A DNA stretch of 35,333 nucleotides from Callorhinchus milii (taxonomy: Eukaryota), in contig NW_024705545.1 of assembly GCF_018977255.1 (NCBI RefSeq), positions 1 to 35,333 on the forward strand. Reading direction: 5' to 3'. Position 1 is the stretch's first letter. Each line of letters starts with the position of its first letter. Positions 16,122-29,238 of this stretch are shown in pieces. The position numbers were made by a program, and so were the translations under genes. The notes under the pieces were generated by a model that was given only the letters and a program-made list of their open reading frames with translations, was not told the DNA's origin and searched no databases.

Positions 16122-17372
16122 GTGACTGATTTTTCAGAGCAGAGAAACTTCGTGGATGTCTGGCTCAAATCGCCAAAAACAACTCTCACTAACGTTTAAC
16201 CGAGTCACAGTAACGTCTCGGAAGTCGGAATACACACGCGATTACCAGTTTATCCACTAACAAAGACATTTACTTGTTGATGCACGGCGTATCGATGTCC
16301 CTGTAACCCGTCTGAAGAGATCGCCACGAACTCTCCCGAAGCAAAGTCCCCAACCAGTCGCCAAGCATCGTGCTCGCCAGGCTGGGTCTCGTGGAAGAAG
16401 GTTATCTGCAGAGCGGAGGAGTCGAGCGTCTATGCTCACAAAATCCCTCTCGAAATGCCCTTGAGGTCTGATTTTAAGCCCTTATAATTCCGCTCTAGCA
16501 TCCAAATTCCTTTGTTCTCGACATGGCCTATTCATGGAATTTGCATTCAATTGTTAATTTTTACATTAACAATCCGCATATCTAGCAACATAATACGTAT
16601 GTACATTCACTGATAATTGTACACTCCGTTTGAATACGGATGTGCATCTCTATGCATATTCCATGATTCGTGTTAATTTGCTAATATTCACCCCCCAATG
16701 TCCTCTAAACTGCTGCAAGTTTAGAGGATGATAAAGTGACATACAGTCTGAAGTATCAAATTGGTGATCTCGAGCTTGATTTGGAATAAGATGTGCAAGT
16801 TTATACTGTACTGACTTTGTTTTATAAATATATTTAAGTACAATCGTGTTGAGCGGGGTGTTTCTAGAAAACGAGTGTTTTTATATTAAAAATTCTGCCA
16901 TTTGTTCGTGTAGTCGAACGCAATCCCTTTTACTTACACTGCTGTGTATGTCCATCGTGTGTGGGTGTGTGTACATGAGAGTGCTGGCTACTCGTGTATG
17001 ATTATGTATTGGAACAAACAAATTATTTTTATATTGTGTCGTACAAATAATTGAGGGGCAACGTGGTAGGAATGCGCCACCACAACAGGGAACTACAGGG
17101 ATGAGACTCCCCGCTCGTGGTGCGAAATGAATGAAAACAGCGTAGAAACACATGCACACTCGTGTGTGAATGCACACCGCTGTATATACAGTCGTGTTTG
17201 GATGCACACTCGTGGTGTATTCTACTCGTCCGTGTTTTTTAAAGGAAAACTATGGTAGCAATAACGTACGATCAGTCATCTTTAAAAACAGGTCTTTATT
17301 AATCTGCAAGAAAGCTCACGTTAATACTCGTATCGAAATCTTTATAATACGCATGCTCAAAGGAAAGGAACT

Positions 17373-17630
17373 ATCTTCTTGGTTCTTTCGGTAAAGTCAC
17401 GTAGAAGGGAAGTAATAAAATAATAAAAATAAACATAATAAAACCATTCTCACGACGTTTCGGCCACAACGCAAGCAGCCGTCCTCAACGGCTGCTTGCG
17501 TTGTGGCCGAAACGTCGTGAGAATTGTTTTATTATGTTTTATTTTTATTATTTTATTACTTCCCTTCTACGTGACTTTACCGAAGAACCAAGAAGATGAA
17601 TCCCTGCAGTCACGAAAGCTTTAAATCGAA
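17373..17630. mobile_element. Second copy of the same palindromic insertion at the same site (carried by the 4.35 kb duplication)
   Basis: Palindrome 17373-17597, loop 17483-17487, TSD aggaaaggaact / aggaaggaact. Confidence 0.8.
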
Positions 17631-18168
17631 AGGAAGGAACTAGGCAAATTTTTTCCCAATAGGAATTCAACAGTTAAAATATATTCTTAAAATCAAACAC
17701 GTAAACGTCGATTTCCCTTTTGACGTCCTTTTCGACTGAAGCCATTCGTCCTAAGTATAAAGTTGTTGTCATTCTGAAATCCGTGAACACTTCTGGAACT
17801 TAAAGGAAGACATTCATCTGAACACATTATAGAGCATTCACAACATCACTCTAGCTTGAAGTCCTAGAAATCACCGAAAAATATATATGAGACACGAATA
17901 CTCCACTACATCAAGCCATATCTCATGATGCAACTGCATGGGGTCGAAAGAGGAATTTCGTTGAGGACTTATGACAACATTTTTACTCTTTGTTTGATGA
18001 TGCCTGTGAAGTGTTGCTGACCGTGAAAATGCTTCCAACACACAGAGCAATCAAACGGTTTTGTTGAAATAATTACACTAGCTTGGAGTAGTGCTGGAAA
18101 TCACTGATATAATCAATTGCACTAATACATTGATCTAACAGAGACACAAACGTGCACATTCCAGGACT

Positions 18169-19129
<961 letters not shown>

Positions 19130-20314
19130 GTGACTGATTTTTCAGAGCAGAGAAACTTCGTGGATGTCTGGCTCAAATCGCCAAAAAGCAACTCTCACTA
19201 ACGTCTAACCGAGTCACAGTAACGTCTCGGAAGTCGGAATACACACGCGATTACCAGTTTATCCACTAACAAAGACACTTACTTGTTGATGCACGGCGTA
19301 TCGATGTCCCTGTAACCCGTCTGAAGAGATCGCCACGAACTCTCCCGAAGCAAAGTCCCCAACCAGTCGCCAAGCAATCGTGCTCGCCAGGCTGGGTCTC
19401 GTGGAAGAAGGGTTATCTGCAGAGCGGGGAGTCGAGCGTCTATGCTCATCAAAATCCCTCTCGAAATGCCCTTGAGGTCTGATTTTAAGCCCTTTATAAT
19501 TCCGCTCTAGCATCCAAATTCTTTGTTCTCGACTTGGCCTATTATGGAATTTGCATTCAATTGTTAATTTTTACATTAACAATCCGCATATCTAGCAACA
19601 TAATACGTATGTACATATCACTGAATAATTGTACACTTCCGTTTGAATACGGATGTGCATCTCTATGCATAATTCCATGATTCGTGTTAATTTGCTAATA
19701 TTCACCCCCCAATGTCCTCTAAACTGCTGCAAGTTTAGAGGATGATAAAGTGACATACAGTCTGAAGTATCAAAATTGGTGATCTCGAGCTTGATTTGGA
19801 ATAAGATGTGCAAGTTTATACTGTACTGACTTTGTTTTATAAATATATTTAAGTACAATCGTGTTGAGCGGGGTGTTTCTAGAAAACGAGTGTTTTATAT
19901 TAAAAATTCTGCCATTTGTTCGCGTAGTCGAACGCAATCCCTTTGTACTTACACTGCTGTGTATGTCCACTCGTGTGTGGGTGTGTGTACATGAGAGTGT
20001 ATGTGTACTCGTGTATGATTATGTATTGGAACAAACAAATTATTTTTATATTGTGTCGTACAAATAATTGAGGGGCAACGTGGTAGGAATGCGCCACCAC
20101 AACAGGGAACTACAGGGATGAGACTCCCCGCTCGTGGTGCGAAATGAATGAAAACAGCGTAGAAACACATGCACACTCGTGTGTGAATGCACACCGCTGT
20201 ATATACAGTCGTGTTTGGATGCACACTCGTGTGTGTATGTCTACTCGTCCGTGTTTTTTTAAAGGAAAACTATGGTAGCAATAACGTACGATCAGTCATC
20301 TTTAAAAACAGGTC

Positions 20315-20366
20315 TTTATTAATCTGCAAGAAAGCTCACGTTAATACTCGTATCGAAATCTTTATT
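20315..20366 (-). terminator. Paired candidate poly(A) signals (AATAAA x2), repeated in full-length units
   Basis: + strand tttatt at 20315-20320 and 20361-20366, ~560-600 nt downstream of the copy 9 stop. Confidence 0.35.
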
Positions 20367-20921
20367 AATACGCATGCTCAAACAGGAAAGGAACTAGGCA
20401 AATTATTTCCCAATAGGAATTCAACAGTTAAAATATATTCTTAAAATCAAACACGTAAACGTCGATTTCCCTTTGACGTCCTTTTCGACTGAAGCCATTC
20501 GTCCAAAGTATAAAATTGTTGTCATTCTGAAATCCGTGAACACTTCTGGAACTTAAAGGAAGACATTCATCTGAACACATTATAGAGCATTCACAACATC
20601 ACTCTAGCTTGAAGTCCTAGAAATCACCGAAAATATATATGAGACACGAATACTCCACTACATCAAGCCATATCTCAGGATGCAACTGCATGGGGTCGAA
20701 AGAGGAATTTCGTTGAGGACTCATGACAACATTTTTACTCTTTGTTTGATGATGCCTGTGAAGTGTTACTGACTGTGAAAATGCTTCCAACACACAGAGC
20801 AATCAAACGGTTTTGTTAAAATAATTACACTAGGTTGGAGTAGTGCTGGAAATCACTGATATTATCAATTGCACCTAATACATTGATCTAACAGAGAAAC
20901 AAACGTGCACATTCCAGGACT

Positions 20922-21900
20922 TTAACAGAAGTTCTCAGTACTTTGATTATCCAGCCACTCCAGCAGCCATTTCTCATTATCAACCTGCATGGGGTCGAAA
21001 TAGGAATTGTCGTCAGGGCTCAGTACATCCAGCCATCTCGCAGGATCCAACTGCATGGGGTCGAAATAGGAATTGTCGTCAGGACTCATTACATCCATGC
21101 ATCTCTCAGGATCCACCTGCATAGGTTCGAAAGATGCATTTTTTTCAGGACTCATTGCAGCACTCTGTATTTCTCCTTTTGATTTCACTTTCCTATCATT
21201 GCGGATCTTCTATGCTTGTTTCGGGGTGATGACCGTGTCCTCTCCAACGGAGAACAATTGAATGGCTTATCGTCCGTGTGTGTTTCCTGGTGACGATGAA
21301 GATTTGATTTCCGTGAAAATGGCTTCCCACACAGAGAGCAATTGAACGGCTTCTCGCCCGTGTGTGTTTTTTGGTGAGTGTGAAGATCTGCTTTACGGGC
21401 AAATGCCTTCACACAAACAGAGCAATTGAATGGCTTCTCACCCGAGTGTGTTTTTTGGTGATTGCGAAGAGTTGATGAATCTGCAAATGACTTCCCGCAC
21501 ACAGAGCAATTGAACGGCTTCTCGCCCGTGTGTGTTTTCTGGTGCTTGTGATGAGTTGATGAATCTGCAAATGACTTCCCACACACAGAGCAATTGAACG
21601 GCTTCTCGCCCGTGTGTGTTTTCTGGTGCTTGTGAAGATCTGATTTCCGTGCAAATGCCTTCCAGCACACAGCGCAATTGAACGGCTTCTCGCCCGTGTG
21701 TGTTTTTTGGTGAGTGTGAAGATCTGCTTTACGGGCAAATGCCTTCACACAAACAGAGCAATTGAATGGCTTCTCACCCGAGTGTGTTTTTGGTGATTGC
21801 GAAGAGTTGATGAATCTGCAAATGCCTTCCCGCACACAGCGCAATTGAATGGCTTCTTACCCGTGTGTGCGTGCCGCTGTGGAGAGTTTTTCTGCTCCAT
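20922..21900 (-). CDS. ZF gene copy 9: 7 fingers + 3-repeat tail; closest to the ~326-aa consensus
   Basis: 979 nt versus 981 expected, explained by two 1-nt deletions (~21790 and ~21210). Helices: DSSTLRN, RKADLHT, RKSDLHK, DSSTHHK, DSSTLRN, RKADLHT, RKSNLHR. Confidence 0.88.
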
Positions 21901-21904
21901 GTGA

Positions 21905-22053
21905 CTGATTTTTCAGAGCAGAGAAACTTCGTGGATGTCTGGCTCAAATCGCCAAAAAGCAACTCTCACTAACGTCTAACCGAGTCACAGTAACGTCTCG
22001 GAAGTCGGAATACACACGCGATTACCAGTTTATCCACTAACAAAGACACTTAC
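21905..22053 (-). other. Candidate short first intron (example for copy 9)
   Basis: Donor CAA|GTAAGT starts at 22053 and is conserved in the copies checked. Acceptor is uncertain; best guess TTTCTCTGCTCTGAAAAATCAG| at 21905, 4 nt before the ATG. Confidence 0.45.
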
Positions 22054-22231
22054 TTGTTGATGCACGGCGTATCGATGTCCCTGTAACCCGTCTGAAGAGA
22101 TCGCCACGAACTCTCCCGAAGCAAAGTCCCCAACCAGTCGCCAAGCAATCGTGCTCGCCAGGCTGGGTCTCGTGGAAGAAGGGTTATCTGCAGAGCGGGG
22201 AGTCGAGCGTCTATGCTCATCAAAATCCCTC

Positions 22232-22269
22232 TCGAAATGCCCTTGAGGTCTGATTTTAAGCCCTTTATA
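22232..22269 (-). promoter_or_regulatory. Candidate core promoter (TATA + initiator), example for copy 9; present upstream of every copy
   Basis: Minus strand TATAAAGGG begins at 22269, exactly 31 nt upstream of the A in GCATTTC (22238). Outer copies have TATAAGGGG and GTCATTTC, a full YYANWYY Inr match. Confidence 0.6.
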
Positions 22270-23693
22270 ATTCCGCTCTAGCATCCAAATTCTTTGTTCT
22301 CGACTTGGCCTATTATGGAATTTGCATTCAATTGTTAATTTTTACATTAACAATCCGCATATCTAGCAACATAATACGTATGTACATATCACTGAATAAT
22401 TGTACACTTCCGTTTGAATACGGATGTGCATCTCTATGCATAATTCCATGATTCGTGTTAATTTGCTAATATTCACCCCCCAATGTCCTCTAAACTGCTG
22501 CAAGTTTAGAGGATGATAAAGTGACATACAGTCTGAAGTATCAAAATTGGTGATCTCGAGCTTGATTTGGAATAAGATGTGCAAGTTTATACTGTACTGA
22601 CTTTGTTTTATAAATATATTTAAGTACAATCGTGTTGAGCGGGGTGTTTCTAGAAAACGAGTGTTTTATATTAAAAATTCTGCCATTTGTTCGCGTAGTC
22701 GAACGCAATCCCTTTGTACTTACACTGCTGTGTATGTCCACTCGTGTGTGGGTGTGTGTACATGAGAGTGTATGTGTACTCGTGTATGATTATGTATTGG
22801 AACAAACAAATTATTTTTATATTGTGTCGTACAAATAATTGAGGGGCAACGTGGTAGGAATGCGCCACCACAACAGGGAACTACAGGGATGAGACTCCCC
22901 GCTCGTGGTGCGAAATGAATGAAAACAGCGTAGAAACACATGCACACTCGTGTGTGAATGCACACCGCTGTATATACAGTCGTGTTTGGATGCACACTCG
23001 TGTGTGTATGTCTACTCGTCCGTGTTTTTTTAAAGGAAAACTATGGTAGCAATAACGTACGATCAGTCATCTTTAAAAACAGGTCTTTATTAATCTGCAA
23101 GAAAGCTCACGTTAATACTCGTATCGAAATCTTTATTAATACGCATGCTCAAACAGGAAAGGAACTAGGCAAATTATTTCCCAATAGGAATTCAACAGTT
23201 AAAATATATTCTTAAAATCAAACACGTAAACGTCGATTTCCTTTTGACGTCCTTTTCGACTGAAGCCATTCGTCCAAAGTATAAAATTGTTGTCATTCTG
23301 AAATCCGTGAACACTTCTGGAACTTAAAGGAAGACATTCATCTGAACACATTATAGAGCATTCACAACATCACTCTAGCTTGAAGTCCTAGAAATCACCG
23401 AAAAATATATATGAGACACGAATACTCCACTACATCAAGCCATATCTCATGATGCAACTGCATGGGGTCGAAAGAGGAATTTCGTTGAGGACTCATGACA
23501 ACATTTTTACTCTTTGTTTGATGATGCCTGTGAAGTGTTACTGACTGTGAAAATGCTTCCAACACACAGAGCAATCAAACGGTTTTGTTAAAATAATTAC
23601 ACTAGGTTGGAGTAGTGCTGGAAATCACTGATATTATCAATTGCACCTAATACATTGATCTAACAGAGAAACAAACGTGCACATTCCAGGACT

Positions 23694-24670
23694 TTAACAG
23701 AAGTTCTCAATACTTTGATTATCCAGCCACTCCAGCAGCCATTTCTCATTATCAACCTGCATGGGGTCGAAATAGGAATTGTCGTCAGGGCTCAGTACAT
23801 CCAGCCATCTCGCAGGATCCAACTGCATGGGGTCGAAATAGGAATTGTCGTCAGGACTCATTACATCCATGCATCTCTCAGGATCCACCTGCATAGGTTC
23901 GAAAGATGCATTTTTTTCAGGACTCATTGCAGCACTCTGTATTTCTCCTTTTGATTTCACTTTCCTATCATTGCGGATCTTCTTATGCTTGTTTCGGGGT
24001 GATGACCGTGTCCTCTCCAACGGAGAACAATTGAATGGCTTATCGTCCGTGTGTGTTTCCTGGTGACGATGAAGATTTGATTTCCGTGAAAATGGCTTCC
24101 CACACAGAGAGCAATTGAACGGCTTCTCGCCCGTGTGTGTTTTTTGGTGAGTGTGAAGATCTGCTTTACGGGCAAATGCCTTCACACAAACAGAGCAATT
24201 GAATGGCTTCTCACCCGAGTGTGTTTTTTGGTGATTGCGAAGAGTTGATGAATCTGCAAATGACTTCCCGCACACAGAGCAATTGAACGGCTTCTCGCCC
24301 GTGTGTGTTTTCTGGTGCTTGTGATGAGTTGATGAATCTGCAAATGACTTCCACACACAGAGCAATTGAACGGCTTCTCGCCCGTGTGTGTTTTCTGGTG
24401 CTTGTGAAGATCTGATTTCCGTGCAAATGCCTTCCAGCACACAGCGCAATTGAACGGCTTCTCGCCCGTGTGTGTTTTTTGGTGACTGTGAAGATCTGAT
24501 TTCCGGCAAATGCCTTCACACACAGAGCAATTGAATGGCTTCTCGCCCGTGTGTGTTTTTTGGTGATTGCGAAGAGTTGATGAATCTGCAAATGCCTTCC
24601 CGCACACAGCGCAATTGAATGGCTTCTTACCCGTGTGTGCGTGCCGCTGTGGAGAGTTTTTCTGCTCCAT
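23694..24670 (-). CDS. ZF gene copy 10: 7 fingers + 3-repeat tail, frameshifted as assembled
   Basis: ORFs 24182-24670 and 23694-24509; 977 nt. Confidence 0.86.
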
Positions 24671-26465
24671 GTGACTGATTTTTCAGAGCAGAGAAACTTC
24701 GTGGATGTCTGGCTCAAATCGCCAAAAAGCAACTCTCACTAACGGTCTAACCGAGTCACAGTAACGTCTCGGAAGTCGGAATACACACGCGATTACCAGT
24801 TTATCCACTAACAAAGACACTTACTTGTTGATGCACGGCGTATCGATGTCCCTGTAACCCGTCTGAAGAGATCGCCACGAACTCTCCCGAAGCAAAGTCC
24901 CCAACCAGTCGCCAAGCAATCGTGCTCGCCAGGCTGGGTCTCGTGGAAGAAGGGTTATCTGCAGAGCGGGGAGTCGAGCGTCTATGCTCATCAAAATCCC
25001 TCTCGAAATGCCCTTGAGGTCTGATTTTAAGCCCTTTATAATTCCGCTCTAGCATCCAAATTCTTTGTTCTCGACTTGGCCTATTATGGAATTTGCATTC
25101 AATTGTTAATTTTTACATTAACAATCCGCATATCTAGCAACATAATACGTATGTACATATCACTGAATAATTGTACACTTCCGTTTGAATACGGATGTGC
25201 ATCTCTATGCATAATTCCATGATTCGTGTTAATTTGCTAATATTCACCCCCCAATGTCCTCTAAACTGCTGCAAGTTTAGAGGATGATAAAGTGACATAC
25301 AGTCTGAAGTATCAAAATTGGTGATCTCGAGCTTGATTTGGAATAAGATGTGCAAGTTTATACTGTACTGACTTTGTTTTATAAATATATTTAAGTACAA
25401 TCGTGTTGAGCGGGGTGTTTCTAGAAAACGAGTGTTTTATATTAAAAATTCTGCCATTTGTTCGCGTAGTCGAACGCAATCCCTTTGTACTTACACTGCT
25501 GTGTATGTCCACTCGTGTGTGGGTGTGTGTACATGAGAGTGTATGTGTACTCGTGTATGATTATGTATTGGAACAAACAAATTATTTTTATATTGTGTCG
25601 TACAAATAATTGAGGGGCAACGTGGTAGGAATGCGCCACCACAACAGGGAACTACAGGGATGAGACTCCCCGCTCGTGGTGCGAAATGAATGAAAACAGC
25701 GTAGAAACACATGCACACTCGTGTGTGAATGCACACCGCTGTATATACAGTCGTGTTTGGATGCACACTCGTGTGTGTATGTCTACTCGTCCGTGTTTTT
25801 TTAAAGGAAAACTATGGTAGCAATAACGTACGATCAGTCATCTTTAAAAACAGGTCTTTATTAATCTGCAAGAAAGCTCACGTTAATACTCGTATCGAAA
25901 TCTTTATTAATACGCATGCTCAAACAGGAAAGGAACTAGGCAAATTATTTCCCAATAGGAATTCAACAGTTAAAATATATTCTTAAAATCAAACACGTAA
26001 ACGTCGATTTCCCCTTTGACGTCCTTTTCGACTGAAGCCATTCGTCCAAAGTATAAAATTGTTGTCATTCTGAAATCCGTGAACACTTCTGGAACTTAAA
26101 GGAAGACATTCATCTGAACACATTATAGAGCATTCACAACATCACTCTAGCTTGAAGTCCTAGAAATCACCGAAAAATATATATGAGACACGAATACTCC
26201 ACTACATCAAGCCATATCTCAGGATGCAACTGCATGGGGTCGAAAGAGGAATTTCGTTGAGGACTCATGACAACATTTTTACTCTTTGTTTGATGATGCC
26301 TGTGAAGTGTTACTGACTGTGAAAATGCTTCCAACACACAGAGCAATCAAACGGTTTTGTTAAAATAATTACACTAGGTTGGAGTAGTGCTGGAAATCAC
26401 TGATATTATCAATTGCACCTAATACATTGATCTAACAGAGAAACAAACGTGCACATTCCAGGACT

Positions 26466-27445
26466 TTAACAGAAGTTCTCAGTACTTTGATTATCCAGCC
26501 ACTCCAGCAGCCATTTCTCATTATCAACCTGCATGGGGTCGAAATAGGAATTGTCGTCAGGGCTCAGTACATCCAGCCATCTCGCAGGATCCAACTGCAT
26601 GGGGTCGAAATAGGAATTGTCGTCAGGACTCATTACATCCATGCATCTCTCAGGATCCACCTGCATAGGTTCGAAAGATGCATTTTTTTCAGGACTCATT
26701 GCAGCACTCTGTATTTCTCCTTTTGATTTCACTTTCCTATCATTGCGGATCTTCTTATGCTTGTTTCGGGGTGATGACCGTGTCCTCTCCAACGGAGAAC
26801 AATTGAATGGCTTATCGTCCGTGTGTGTTTCCTGGTGACGATGAAGATTTGATTTCCGTGAAAATGGCTTCCCACACAGAGAGCAATTGAACGGCTTCTC
26901 GCCCGTGTGTGTTTTTTGGTGAGTGTGAAGATCTGCTTTACGGGCAAATGCCTTCACACAAACAGAGCAATTGAATGGCTTCTCACCCGAGTGTGTTTTT
27001 TGGTGATTGCGAAGAGTTGATGAATCTGCAAATGACTTCCCGCACACAGAGCAATTGAACGGCTTCTCGCCCGTGTGTGTTTTCTGGTGCTTGTGATGAG
27101 TTGATGAATCTGCAAATGACTTCCCACACACAGAGCAATTGAACGGCTTCTCGCCCGTGTGTGTTTTTGGTGCGTGTGAAGATCTGATTTTCGGGCAAAT
27201 GCCTTCAGCACACAGCGCAATTGAACGGCTTCTCGCCCGTGTGGTGTTGGTTTGTTTGGTGAGTGTGAAGATCTTGCTTTACGGGCAAATGCCTTCCCAC
27301 ACACAGAGCAATTGAATGGCTTCTCACCCGGTGTGTTTTTTGGTGATTGTGAAGATTGATTCTGCAAATGCCTTCCGCACACAGCGCAATTGAATGGCTT
27401 CTTACCCGTGTGTGCGTGCCGCTGTGGAGAGTTTTTCTGCTCCAT
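26466..27445 (-). CDS. ZF gene copy 11: 7 fingers + 3-repeat tail; indels in the first three fingers
   Basis: ORF 26466-27131 is clean for the last four fingers and the tail. ORF 26954-27445 gives the start. Confidence 0.85.
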
Positions 27446-29238
27446 GTGACTGATTTTTCAGAGCAGAGAAACTTCGTGGATGTCTGGCTCAAATCGCCAA
27501 AAAGCAACTCTCACTAACGTCTAACCGAGTCACAGTAACGTCTCGGAAGTCGGAATACACACGCGATTACCAGTTTATCCACTAACAAAGACACTTACTT
27601 GTTGATGCACGGCGTATCGATGTCCCTGTAACCCGTCTGAAGAGATCGCCACGAACTCTCCCGAAGCAAAGTCCCCAACCAGTCGCCAAGCAATCGTGCT
27701 CGCCAGGCTGGGTCTCGTGGAAGAAGGGTTATCTGCAGAGCGGGGAGTCGAGCGTCTATGCTCATCAAAATCCCTCTCGAAATGCCCTTGAGGTCTGATT
27801 TTAAGCCCTTTATAATTCCGCTCTAGCATCCAAATTCTTTGTTCTCGACTTGGCCTATTATGGAATTTGCATTCAATTGTTAATTTTTACATTAACAATC
27901 CGCATATCTAGCAACATAATACGTATGTACATATCACTGAATAATTGTACACTTCCGTTTGAATACGGATGTGCATCTCTATGCATAATTCCATGATTCG
28001 TGTTAATTTGCTAATATTCACCCCCCAATGTCCTCTAAACTGCTGCAAGTTTAGAGGATGATAAAGTGACATACAGTCTGAAGTATCAAAATTGGTGATC
28101 TCGAGCTTGATTTGGAATAAGATGTGCAAGTTTATACTGTACTGACTTTGTTTTATAAATATATTTAAGTACAATCGTGTTGAGCGGGGTGTTTCTAGAA
28201 AACGAGTGTTTTATATTAAAAATTCTGCCATTTGTTCGCGTAGTCGAACGCAATCCCTTTGTACTTACACTGCTGTGTATGTCCACTCGTGTGTGGGTGT
28301 GTGTACATGAGAGTGTATGTGTACTCGTGTATGATTATGTATTGGAACAAACAAATTATTTTTATATTGTGTCGTACAAATAATTGAGGGGCAACGTGGT
28401 AGGAATGCGCCACCACAACAGGGAACTACAGGGATGAGACTCCCCGCTCGTGGTGCGAAATGAATGAAAACAGCGTAGAAACACATGCACACTCGTGTGT
28501 GAATGCACACCGCTGTATATACAGTCGTGTTTGGATGCACACTCGTGTGTGTATGTCTACTCGTCCGTGTTTTTTTAAAGGAAAACTATGGTAGCAATAA
28601 CGTACGATCAGTCATCTTTAAAAACAGGTCTTTATTAATCTGCAAGAAAGCTCACGTTAATACTCGTATCGAAATCTTTATTAATACGCATGCTCAAACA
28701 GGAAAGGAACTAGGCAAATTATTTCCCAATAGGAATTCAACAGTTAAAATATATTCTTAAAATCAAACACGTAAACGTCGATTTCCCTTTGACGTCCTTT
28801 TCGACTGAAGCCATTCGTCCTAAGTATAAAATTGTTGTCATTCTGAAATCCGTGAACACTTCTGGAACTTAAAGGAAGACATTCATCTGAACACATTATA
28901 GAGCATTCACAACATCACTCTAGCTTGAAGTCCTAGAAATCACCGAAAAATATATATGAGACACGAATACTCCACTACATCAAGCCATATCTCATGATGC
29001 AACTGCATGGGGTCGAAAGAGGAATTTCGTTGAGGACTCATGACAACATTTTTACTCTTTGTTTGATGATGCCTGTGAAGTGTTACTGACTGTGAAAATG
29101 CTTCCAACACACAGAGCAATCAAACGGTTTTGTTAAAATAATTACACTAGGTTGGAGTAGTGCTGGAAATCACTGATATTATCAATTGCACCTAATACAT
29201 TGATCTAACAGAGAAACAAACGTGCACATTCCAGGACT

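Noticed and set aside
20083..20130. GGAACTACA as a ZNF143/THAP11 promoter motif
   Set aside because: The adjoining TTCCCAG part of the motif is absent.
19592..20444. Recurrent spacer ORFs (MYLNIFIKQ..., MLSGVFLEN..., MHTAVYTVV..., MHPNTTVY...)
   Set aside because: Short, overlapping on both strands, with no domain features. They recur only because the DNA unit is repeated, and they break in diverged units.
20943..21261. Plus-strand ORFs ([10 protein letters not shown]..., MSSGLITS...) and alternate-frame ORFs ([12 protein letters not shown]..., [10 protein letters not shown]...)
   Set aside because: Antisense and off-frame shadows of the repetitive finger and tail coding sequence.
21250..21860. 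84-bp periodic repeats as a CRISPR-like array
   Set aside because: The period equals one 28-aa C2H2 finger, the variable parts are recognition helices, the context is eukaryotic and no cas genes are present.
20922..21900. PRDM9 or KRAB-ZNF identity
   Set aside because: No SET, KRAB or SSXRD sequence is visible in the unit, and the acidic repeat tail is not a PRDM9 feature. No gene symbol assigned.
22030..22284. 84-aa ORF MLERNYKGLKIRPQGHFERD... upstream of each gene
   Set aside because: It starts upstream of the predicted TATA box and runs through the splice donor. Better explained as promoter plus first exon.
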